A DNA stretch of 64,000 nucleotides from NCBI GenBank assembly GCA_043228905.1, contig JBHGNT010000007.1, positions 16,740,001 through 16,804,000 of the forward strand, written 5' to 3'. This document shows, in pieces, positions 13,466 to 22,754 of this stretch (the first letter of the stretch is position 1; each line of letters starts with the position of its first letter). The notes below the pieces were generated by a model, which was given only the letters and a program-made list of their open reading frames with translations, was not told the DNA's origin and searched no databases. A program made the translations under genes and the position numbers. Origin of the DNA: Azolla caroliniana. Taxonomy: Eukaryota > Plantae > Polypodiophyta.

Positions 13466-14373
13466 AGGCCCGGTGAGAACCTCTCATCGGATAAAAGGGA
13501 CATATATGTAAATATGTTCTAGAGAGCCCACTGGGGCTATATTTGTAAATAGCCCGAAAGTCATATTAGTATAAATATGACCTAGGGCAAACTTAATGAT
13601 TATGATAGAGTTGTTGGTGTAACCTCTGTACAGTGCGTAAGAGAGAGTGAGTGAGAGCGAAATACAGAGATTGTGTCTCTGTTGTAACCGCCGCGAGGCG
13701 AAGATTGTGAGCAAGAGGTCGTTGCCTCTGTGCTCCCTGTTGTATTACTATACATAGTGATAGTTTGGAGTCTGTGGACTCCCGTGGTTTTTCCCGCTCA
13801 GGGTTTTCCACGTTAATATTCTGTGTATTCTCTTTTGTTTGTTCGTGCACTTAGCCCCATTCCCATTTCTTCTGTGTTTGATTGTATCAAGTGATTTGCC
13901 CTTTGGTTGTTGCCTGTTAATCGGCTAATTACTAACTACTACCGATACAGAAGAGTGAACGTCGCTACTCAACGTTCTAACAAGGAATTGTGTTTTACGA
14001 ACGGAATTATACTATATTAATCGGTAATTACCGTGATCGTTACTTAGTTATAAATTAGGAAGCTTGCACTTAAGAACATAGACAATAGAAAGAACACAGA
14101 ATCCGTACAGGATATTCCTAACTTAAACTTATATTACTAAATAAAACGACCTTTCTTACAATGCCTTCGGTTCCCTTTTATAGGTATACCGAAGGTCTTT
14201 TCTCATCAAGAACTATTCCTACATACTATCAAGAATTACAAAATTATCTAACTAACTTAGTTCTCTTCGTTTACTGCTGAGTCATTGATCCGAACAGTCG
14301 ATCCGAACCGACTCCGTTTTCGACGCTTTCCCACTTGTTCGGTAAAACTGACTGTCCGGGTCCGGGTAACACT

Positions 14374-14414
14374 TGGCACGTCCGTGGGCTAGGACCTTGT
14401 CCAGCGAACCCACG
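14374..14414 (-). other. tRNA-Arg 3'-half-like module ending in CCA, at the PPT position of element C
   Basis: The minus strand reads CGTGGGTTCG-CTGGACAAGGTCCTAG-CCCACGGACGTGCCA-AG|TGTTAC (LTR). It is complementary to the element's own PBS, and no purine tract is present. Confidence 0.7.
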
Positions 14415-14415
14415 C

Positions 14416-15917
14416 CTATTCCTGTAGCTCTTCATCCGAATCGTTCAGAATATCAAAAATCGAAGGCTCTTCTGGCCTTGGATGTATTCCATCTATATCT
14501 TCCTCTTCATCTTCATCTGTGTCACAGTCGTCATTCGGAGCAGGTTTTGAATGTTGTGACTCGGTTGGCTGCTCTGGTTCACTTCTTCCGGGAGCTTGAA
14601 GACCAGGAGTGTTGCTGGTTCTTTCGGCTTCGATTTTATCCAACTGGACGGAAGTGCCTATATCATTTTTGTCGAATTCTTGCATAATACGTTGAATTTC
14701 TTCTCTGTAAAATGCCGCAATTTCGTCCATATCTTTCATGATATCCTCTTGGATATTGTCAATATCCTTTTGTGCCATTTTTAAAAAAACCTGCACCTTG
14801 GACCTGACGGCTATTTTTGTCGGCACGCAATAACTGTAGTTCCGCCGCTTGTGCCGTCCATAACTTCCATCCTTGCGCAAGGGATTCATCGATCATTTTC
14901 TTTGCTAGGTTTCGATGTTTCCCTATTATGTGCTGCACTTTGTCCCTAGTGATGCTTGCGACGTATTGGGCGGTTTGCAACTCTTTCCGTAAATCCGTAA
15001 TAGTGGCTCGGTTTTCACTTTCAGCTCGCATTAGTTTGGATTCGACTACATATATGTCCAGCCGTCTTTGTTCTGATATCTTCCGAATTTCGTTCAGTTG
15101 TTGTTCGAATGCCGATTTCTCTTTGCTCCATTCCTCCTGCTGTTCCGTAATTCTTTTGTTGACTTCTTCAAGACTCCGCTCTTTTTCTGTCAATTGACTT
15201 TCCTGTGACACTATATACCTTTCGAATTCTTCAATTTGTTCGGTATATGTATGATTGGCCATCTTAGCTTCTTCCAGATTTTTCTGTAATTCGTTTATTA
15301 ATTGATTTTTTTCTTCGAGAACTTTGTATTGGCCATTCTGAATGGTTTCTATTTGTTTTTCTAATTCTGTAGTTCGAAATACAACATTATTGGCCCTTGT
15401 TGTTTCTTCTTGTCGTGCTTTCTCAGCATCCTCCAATTTCTGCTGCCATTCTGACTCCGACGCCATAAGCTGTGCCTGCGTTTCCCATTTGTTTAGACTT
15501 TCTTTTAGTTCTTTATTTTCTGCCTGTATGTTACAAAACTGATGTTTCAGCACCTCCGCCGATGCTGATACACTTTTGTATCTTTCAGCCATATCACTGG
15601 CTGCTTTGCGTGCCGTTTCATATTCTTTATGAATTTCGACCAGTGCTTCATGTAATGGTGGCATTTCAATAGCCTCCCCCCTATTATGTGCACTTCTTTT
15701 CCGGCCGATTTTCTCTATCTCTGCTTTTTCTTGAGGTTCCAACACTCCTCGTAAGGCTTTCTGTATCATTATTCGGTCATTATGTTCTTGAGCCAGCCGT
15801 TCTGATACTTCTGTCAATCTTTTAGCCAACCATTCAACCAGTTTGTATGAGGTTCCGAACTGTAAAATGGCAGCTAATTCATGTGCTGCTGGTGGGATAT
15901 CCAAGTACCCATGTGCT
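14416..15917 (-). pseudogene. C-terminal part of the element C extra 3' ORF (long coiled coil, acidic tail)
   Basis: ORFs 14759-15904 and 14416-14889 join via one extra base in an A5 run near 14815. In frame with 21381-22551 once E is removed. Confidence 0.75.
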
Positions 15918-18900
15918 TGTTGGAAGCAATGTCGTCAGTGCGGAAGATCTAGAAGCATTCGATTGCTGTTCAGTACCTGCGTATGACTGTTCGTAGGTCG
16001 TTGCACAGAGAGAGAGAGAGAGAGAGACAAAGAGGCACAAAAGACACTCTATTGCATAAACAAATAATACAACAACCAACCTCACAAAGAGGTTACAAGG
16101 TCACTATATATAGAGACCGACTTAGGGCAACTACCCTTTATGCTAATTACATAAATGGCCAAAACGGGATGATGTGAATACGTCCATTATACACATGTAT
16201 TCGACACTCCCCCGTAATGGGCGTATACAATGGGTTATCTAAGATTACAGGTATGGACTTAGATTCTCGGACATATCAGCTTTGTTCGAGTCGGCAGGGT
16301 CCGAAGGCAGAAGACCGAACTGGTCGGGTCGGAACAGTTGAAGCCGATCATTAAGGAACTGATGTCGGTTGTCGGGAGCCATCCTGCTCTGTGTCCGGCT
16401 CTAACCGGACTGGTTTGTCGTTACGCCCATCTGATGCCGAAGAGACCGAAAACGGTCTGCCGAAAGACACTTGGTCATTCCATCTGCGACATTGTCGGTT
16501 GTGGATATTTTCTCTAGACCGATTTTCCCTGAAATGACGCAGTCCCGAACGAAGTGATATCGAACGTCGATATGTTTGGAGGCGTTGTGGTGAACCGGAT
16601 TTTTCGACAAGGCAACAGCACCTTGACTGTCGCTGTAGACAACTGGAGCCGAGTCATGGTCGACTTGTTGAAACGTGTGCGCCAGCCGACCGAGCCATAA
16701 AGCTTCTTTTGCTGCGTCGGACGCAGCTACATATTCTGCTTCGGTCGTTGAGGTCGCTGTGCACTCCTGAAGTTTCGACTTCCACGAGATTGCTCCATTG
16801 CCGAATTTGAAGCAGTATCCGGTTGTAGATTTCCGACTGTCTATACAGCCGGCGAAGTCCGAGTCGGTGTAACCGACTACGCCTGAGGTTCGGTTCGGAC
16901 CGAAAAGAATGCCATGGTCTTTTGTGCCAGTCAGATATCTGAACACATGCTTGACTGCGTTCCAATGCGATCGGCCAGGGTTATGCATAAATCTGCTAAC
17001 GACTCCTACGGCGTGAGAAATATCAGGCCGTGTCGCGACCATCAGGTACATAAGAGAGCCGACTGCCGGTGCATACGGTACCGACTTCATATCTTCCCCC
17101 TCCGGACCGGATGTCGGGCAGTCTCGCTGAGAGAGCCGAAGATTCATAGGGAGCGGGGTTGAAGCAGATTTGGCTGATTGCATGTTGAAACGTTCTAAGA
17201 CACGTCGGATATAGTCGGTCTGAGACAGAAAAAGATGTTGTTTATCGCGATGCCGACTAATCTTCATGCCGAGTATGTGTCGTGCCGGACCGAGGTCCTT
17301 CATGGCAAACTTCAACCGCATTTGCCGAATGAGATCGGCAAGTTCGCCCGCGTGGCGTCCAGAAATTAGCATGTCGTCCACGTAAATGATGAGGAAGATG
17401 GGTGATCCATCTTGAGCTGTGTTGGTGAAGAGACAATGGTCCTCATCGCTTTTGGAGAAGCCGATCGATTGGATGAAGTCGTCGAACTTCTTGTACCATT
17501 GTCGCGGTGCCTGTTTGAGGCCGTATAGACTCTTCCTGAGTCGGCAGACTAGATGTTCTTGGCCGGTTGCCACGAAGCCTTTTGGCTGCTCCATATAGAT
17601 TTCCTCCTCGAGATCACCATGGAGGAAGGCTGTTTTGACATCTAGCTGAATCAGCTCCAAGTTATCGGCTGCCACTACGCCGAGTAGGAAACGAAGGGTT
17701 GTCATTTTCACCACTGGTGAAAAAATCTCGTCGAAGTCGACGCCATATTCTTGTCGGAAGCCCTTCGCAACTAATCTGGCCTTGTACTTTGGGGTGGTCG
17801 AATCTGACGTCTCTTTTAGTCGATAAACCCACTTGCAAGGAAGAGCACGTCGGTTCCTAGGTAATTCGACCAGATCCCAAGTCTTGTTTGCCCGAATGGA
17901 GTGCATTTCTGACTCCATCGCCAGATGCCAGGTGGCTGAATCGACAGATGTCGATGCTTCTTCGTAAGACGTCGGTTCGCCGGCGTCGGTGAAGAAAATT
18001 CCAGGAGAGTACCTCTCCGGAGGTTGCGACAGTCTCTCGGATCGTCGAGGTATGATTGGACTGGTCGCATCGGGTATCGGGGTCGGATGGTCCGAAAGCG
18101 GATTGTTCTGCTGTGCCGAGTCGGGGTTGTCCGAGTCGGTAGTGTAAGGTTCAGCTACCCGTGAAGCTGACCGTGTGTTAAGAGCGGGGCCTTCTTGAAG
18201 GGTCGGCACATCGGAAAATGTTACCCTTCGGACTTCGATCGGTTTTTCGACTGATGGATGCATAGCCGACTCGTTGAACACAACGTCCGAACTTCGAACG
18301 ATTTGTCTGCGTTCGGGGTCCCAGAGTCGGTATCCCATTTCGCCGTCGGATCCATATCCAAGGAAAATGCATTTCCTGGACCGAGGTGCAAGTTTTCGGC
18401 GATCATCTTTCGGAATAAGGGCGTACGCCTCGCATCCGAAGATCCTCAGCTTGTCGTAATTCGGCTTACTGCCGATCCATAGTTCTTGAGGAATTTGAAG
18501 TCCTAGAGGTCTACTTGGCGACATATTGATTATGTGTGCTGCCGTGAGTAGAGCCTCTGCCCAGAAGCCATCCGATAGTCCGGAGTGTTGGAGCATGGAA
18601 ACTATCCGTTCTTGGATTGTCCGATTCATGCGTTCAGCAATCCCGTTTTGCTCCGGACTGTGTGGTGCCGTAAATTCACGTCGAATGCCGCGTTGTCGGC
18701 AGAATTTGACGAATTCTTCGGATTTAAACTCTCCCCCATTGTCTGTCCGAAGGCATTTCAGCTTTCGGTCGGTTTGATTTTCTACCATAGCGAGCCAATC
18801 GGTGAAGATCGAGAAGACACGATCTTTAGTGCGAATTGGATAAGCCCACACCTTTCGAGTCGAATCGTTAATAAAGGTGACGAAGTAAGAGGCACCGCCT

Positions 18901-21170
18901 AGAGACTGATGCGGCATTGGGCCGCAGACGTCCGAGTGGACCAAATCGAGGGGTCTCGTTTCTCTTGGTGCTGATGTCGGGTGTGATGCGGCGGCTTGTT
19001 TGCCATACTGGCAATGCTCGCAGAATTGATGGTCCGAGAAGGAGAGTTTGGGAATATATCCGGCTCTAGATAGGTGCGTGATGCCGGCCTTGCTGAGGTG
19101 TCCTAATCTTCGGTGCCATAGTGATGACACAGGAATATCCACCAAGAACAGGTTACCCTCTCTGAGCGTAACATGTAACGGATACAGTGAGTGTATCTTG
19201 GGTCCTCTAGCAAGCAGGAGGTTCCCCCTGTGGAGTGTCCACCCTCCCGAAGAGAAACCGGCACGAATGCCGTCTTCATCTAGTTGTCCGACTGAGATCA
19301 ATGGCCTTGAGAGCTCGGGTACATGTCGGACATTGTGGAGTACAAGTGTAGAGCCACCTGCAAGGTTGAGCTCTACTGTGCCGATTCCGATGATGTCACA
19401 GTGTTGCGAGTTACCGACCCGAACTGAGTCGGAGTGACGGATCGTGTATTGCCGAAATTGGGATCGATGAGGAGTCACGTGAAATGACGCGCCCGAATCT
19501 AAGAGCCATGTGCTCGATTCTTCAGTCGTGAGTAGAACTTCTGATCCGACTGGATTTTCGATTGATAGTATATTCGGGTCGTCCGGTAGTACATCAGCTG
19601 AGAAGCTGACGTAATTGATCTCCTCATGCCGGCCACTCTTCTTGTTGTTCTTGTTCTTGAGTGCGCGGCAGTCGGCTTTGATGTGTCCGGGTTTCTTGCA
19701 ATAGTTGCAGATTCGGTTATCCCGTGACTGGCTCCGTCTTCGCTGATTGTTCGGCGGTCGTGAGGAATCTCTTCCTCGTATGTTCGATCGGTCTGTCGAA
19801 CCTTGTACTACGTAAGCGTCGTCTGTTGAGTCTTTGGCGAAAGACTTTCTCCGAGCTGCTTCGGTCAGGATTGCGCTCGTGACTTCGGAGTATTTAACAG
19901 CCGTGGTTGACGCGTTGCACACGGTTGTGACGAAAGTTTCCCATGATGAGGGAAGGCTGCTCATGAGTATCATTGCTCTGAGTTCATCCTCGATTGCCGT
20001 CCCCTGAGATGAGATTTGGGAGCTGATGCTTTCGTACTCATTGAGGTGTGCTTGAACCGAATCGGATTCTTTCATCCGCAAGTTGTAGAGGCGCCGGATC
20101 AGAAACATCTTCGTTGCGGCGACCTTCTTTTCGTAAGTGTCCGACAGTGTTTTCCACAGTTCGAATGCTGTCGTACACGATTGCACCGTAAAGAATACCG
20201 ATTCCGATAGGTGCATCCGAATCGTGGCGCGGACAATTCTGTCCAGCTTCTGCCACTCAATTGGTTTGTATCCTTCTGGAGGTTCTTCATTTTCGATGGG
20301 ATCGATTTGTCCCTTGACTATGAGATAGTCCTGCATTTGTTCCTTCCAGAAGTTGAAGTTCGATCCATCGAACTTTCGTAGACTCATTTCTGACGAGCCG
20401 GATGTTGATGCCATCAAATTCGGTTTCGGTTGACGAAGCTCGGTTCGGAGTTGACTACGAGCCTTGTTGGAGTGCAGCCGGTTGGCTCACCCGATATCGC
20501 TCTAGTCGGATTTGAACCCGAGTCGGTTCGGCTTCGGAACTTGCTCGAATTGACTTCGGTAGCTTGAGGGACAGAACCGACTGGTCTTCCCGAATGTGGC
20601 CGAGTCGGAGTGAGCCCGGTTCGCTTTGGATATATATGCCGAATACCGATTATTAAAACCGATTATCTGGACCGATTCTGCTTCGGGTGACTGCAGCGAC
20701 GAGAGAGATGGATCTAACTGATCCTCTCGAATGTCGATCAGCCTGATGAAGCACGAATTTGGGGTTGTTGTGTTGAGACCGATCTGCACCGAGTGGTTAC
20801 AACGAGCAGCGTTTGGTGACCTCTTCGGATGCCGTTTGACCGAATGGAGCACGATCGTGTCAATGATGCACAAGGGGATTTCACCTCGAGCGGTTACGAT
20901 CACAAGGAACAAAGTGCAACCTGAGGGCTTACTCCAAGCAAGAGGATCTAACGCGATGAGATGCAAACCTGGTTTTCTTTTTTTCTTTTCTTCTCTCTTC
21001 CTCGAATGACGCAGGAAACCGAATGCAGAGACGACGGCCGACAGCGGATTGAAGGACCGACTACTGTGCAGGCTCTGATACCAGATGTTGGAAGCAATGT
21101 CGTCAGTGCGGAAGATCTAGAAGCATTCGATTGCTGTTCAGTACCTGCGTATGACTGTTCGTAGGTCGTT

Positions 21171-21201
<31 letters not shown>

Positions 21202-21380
21202 CAAAGAGGCACAAAAGACACTCTATTGCATAAACAAATAATACAACAACCAACCTCACAAAGAGGTTACAAGGTCACTATATATAGAGACCGACTTAGG
21301 GCAACTACCCTTTATGCTAATTACATAAATGGCCAAAACGGGATGATGTGAATACGTCCATTATACACATGTATTCGACA
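15918..21380 (-). mobile_element. Copia element E, intact and very young
   Basis: LTRs 15918-16206 and 21086-21380 are identical except for (GA)n length. Perfect TSD GTGCT; PBS-Met 21072-21083; PPT GGGGGAG next to 16207. Confidence 0.97.
16401..20417 (-). CDS. Copia gag-pol polyprotein, 1338 aa, uninterrupted
   Basis: Zn knuckle CNYCKKPGHIKADC, protease LDSGAS, integrase HHCC and D,D,E (HSDVCGP, TDNGGE, AER), RT YVDD, RNase H TDSD...EAEY. Confidence 0.97.
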   Translation of the reverse strand: MMASTSGSSEMSLRKFDGSNFNFWKEQMQDYLIVKGQIDPIENEEPPEGYKPIEWQKLDRIVRATIRMHLSESVFFTVQSCTTAFELWKTLSDTYEKKVAATKMFLIRRLYNLRMKESDSVQAHLNEYESISSQISSQGTAIEDELRAMILMSSLPSSWETFVTTVCNASTTAVKYSEVTSAILTEAARRKSFAKDSTDDAYVVQGSTDRSNIRGRDSSRPPNNQRRRSQSRDNRICNYCKKPGHIKADCRALKNKNNKKSGRHEEINYVSFSADVLPDDPNILSIENPVGSEVLLTTEESSTWLLDSGASFHVTPHRSQFRQYTIRHSDSVRVGNSQHCDIIGIGTVELNLAGGSTLVLHNVRHVPELSRPLISVGQLDEDGIRAGFSSGGWTLHRGNLLLARGPKIHSLYPLHVTLREGNLFLVDIPVSSLWHRRLGHLSKAGITHLSRAGYIPKLSFSDHQFCEHCQYGKQAAASHPTSAPRETRPLDLVHSDVCGPMPHQSLGGASYFVTFINDSTRKVWAYPIRTKDRVFSIFTDWLAMVENQTDRKLKCLRTDNGGEFKSEEFVKFCRQRGIRREFTAPHSPEQNGIAERMNRTIQERIVSMLQHSGLSDGFWAEALLTAAHIINMSPSRPLGLQIPQELWIGSKPNYDKLRIFGCEAYALIPKDDRRKLAPRSRKCIFLGYGSDGEMGYRLWDPERRQIVRSSDVVFNESAMHPSVEKPIEVRRVTFSDVPTLQEGPALNTRSASRVAEPYTTDSDNPDSAQQNNPLSDHPTPIPDATSPIIPRRSERLSQPPERYSPGIFFTDAGEPTSYEEASTSVDSATWHLAMESEMHSIRANKTWDLVELPRNRRALPCKWVYRLKETSDSTTPKYKARLVAKGFRQEYGVDFDEIFSPVVKMTTLRFLLGVVAADNLELIQLDVKTAFLHGDLEEEIYMEQPKGFVATGQEHLVCRLRKSLYGLKQAPRQWYKKFDDFIQSIGFSKSDEDHCLFTNTAQDGSPIFLIIYVDDMLISGRHAGELADLIRQMRLKFAMKDLGPARHILGMKISRHRDKQHLFLSQTDYIRRVLERFNMQSAKSASTPLPMNLRLSQRDCPTSGPEGEDMKSVPYAPAVGSLMYLMVATRPDISHAVGVVSRFMHNPGRSHWNAVKHVFRYLTGTKDHGILFGPNRTSGVVGYTDSDFAGCIDSRKSTTGYCFKFGNGAISWKSKLQECTATSTTEAEYVAASDAAKEALWLGRLAHTFQQVDHDSAPVVYSDSQGAVALSKNPVHHNASKHIDVRYHFVRDCVISGKIGLEKISTTDNVADGMTKCLSADRFRSLRHQMGVTTNQSG

Positions 21381-22551
21381 GTGCTTCCCGAATTGCTACT
21401 TTTGAAGATTGGCCTTGTTGAGGTTGTGTTGAAACGTTCTCATTCCCTGGTTTTATTACTTCTGCTACTACAGGCGTATTCGAATTTTCCTTTGTGCGTT
21501 GCCTTTTCGGTGCTGACCCATCACTGTTTTCTGGTTGGAATTGCCTATTAGCCTTTTGTTTAACCCTTGTCCTTTGTCGCATCTTCTCTGGTTGTTGTCG
21601 ATTTTCTGTCGGCTGCTGCTTGTTTATCAAATGGTCAACTGTTTCTTGTTCGGCTGCTGGTTGCCTGTTTTCGGAATTCTCTGGTCTTGGTGGTTCCGAC
21701 TGAGGCGTATCCGTTTGTATATTATCGGCATGTGCCGATTCTTCCTCTATCCATTCTTCATGTACTACCTGTCGGTGTCTTCGCGGTGCTTGTACTATCG
21801 GTGGTCTTCTTGACTGAACAGGAATTTCCGATTCTTGAATCGGAAACAATACCGATAGCCAACGACCAAAAATTTGCTTCATTGGTTTTCCTGCTTTCAC
21901 CCCTTGTAGCTGCTCTCTCAGAGCTTCCCCCGACAATAGTGGCCAGTTGAAATCCTCCTTTTCGTATGCGGCTATGATAAACCCAGCCCTTTTTTTCGGC
22001 ATACAATAAAAACGGGGACTGACAAATCCCACCTCTAGTAAAAATCTAGCCACTTCATGGAAAAACTCATCCCGACCTCCATAAGTCTGATATGCTTTTG
22101 CCGAGGGTGAGTATTCCCCGAAATACGATTGGAGTGCTTCTGATGAAGGTTTTTTAACTACCTCAAAGCCTCCTCTTGGCATCTGTAATGCATTTCGTAT
22201 TTTCTTTGTGGTGACTTTGGTGATGTCTAACTGTTGTATCAATTCTTTCGCCTGCGGATGAGGTTCCGCTTCTGCTACCTTGATGAAACCTTGTAAGTTT
22301 CTCTCATGAAGCCATAGTCGCAGTTCTTCAGACACAGGAATCGGCATGACTTCTGTGTTTGCTTGTTCTGAATCACTTGTCGATGACGGTTGGAGATCTA
22401 CACAGCTTCTGTAGCGATGAAAATCAGAAAAACAGAGTTTGGGCGAAATAGGGCACGAAGGCTCAGACTGTTTCGATATCTGCACTCGTTTCTGTTGTTT
22501 TGGCGACACAGACGATACAGAAATATGCTTTAAAGATATTAATTTATGCAT
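21381..22551 (-). pseudogene. N-terminal part of the element C extra 3' ORF
   Basis: Open for ~390 codons downstream of pol on the same strand. The restored junction reads VAIREA-HGYL-DIPPAAHEL. Confidence 0.75.
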
Positions 22552-22754
22552 TATGACTAAAGAATAGTAATTGCTATTAATGTAGGATTTAATTAGTATT
22601 AACTGTACGTGTAGTGGTTGTACTACTTACTAATAATCATGCAATTCCTCTTTCTATTTATAGTCGACTCAGACTGTTATGGCAAGATTGTATTTCTGCA
22701 TTTGACAAGAACTATTGAGTGAGTTAGTTAGTTTTTTTTTTTTTTTTTTTTTTC

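Noticed and set aside
14374-14414. A functional tRNA gene
   Set aside because: Only the 3' half is present, with no D or anticodon arm; reported as a tRNA-like module instead.
16654-20328. Antisense and alternate-frame ORFs repeated in E and F (and in D, H, J)
   Set aside because: Shadows of GC-rich pol coding sequence, repeated only because the elements are near-identical.
20502-20966. Upstream 138-154 aa ORF shared by the E and F leaders
   Set aside because: No ATG start, different ends and no domain; the copies are too similar for shared openness to imply selection.
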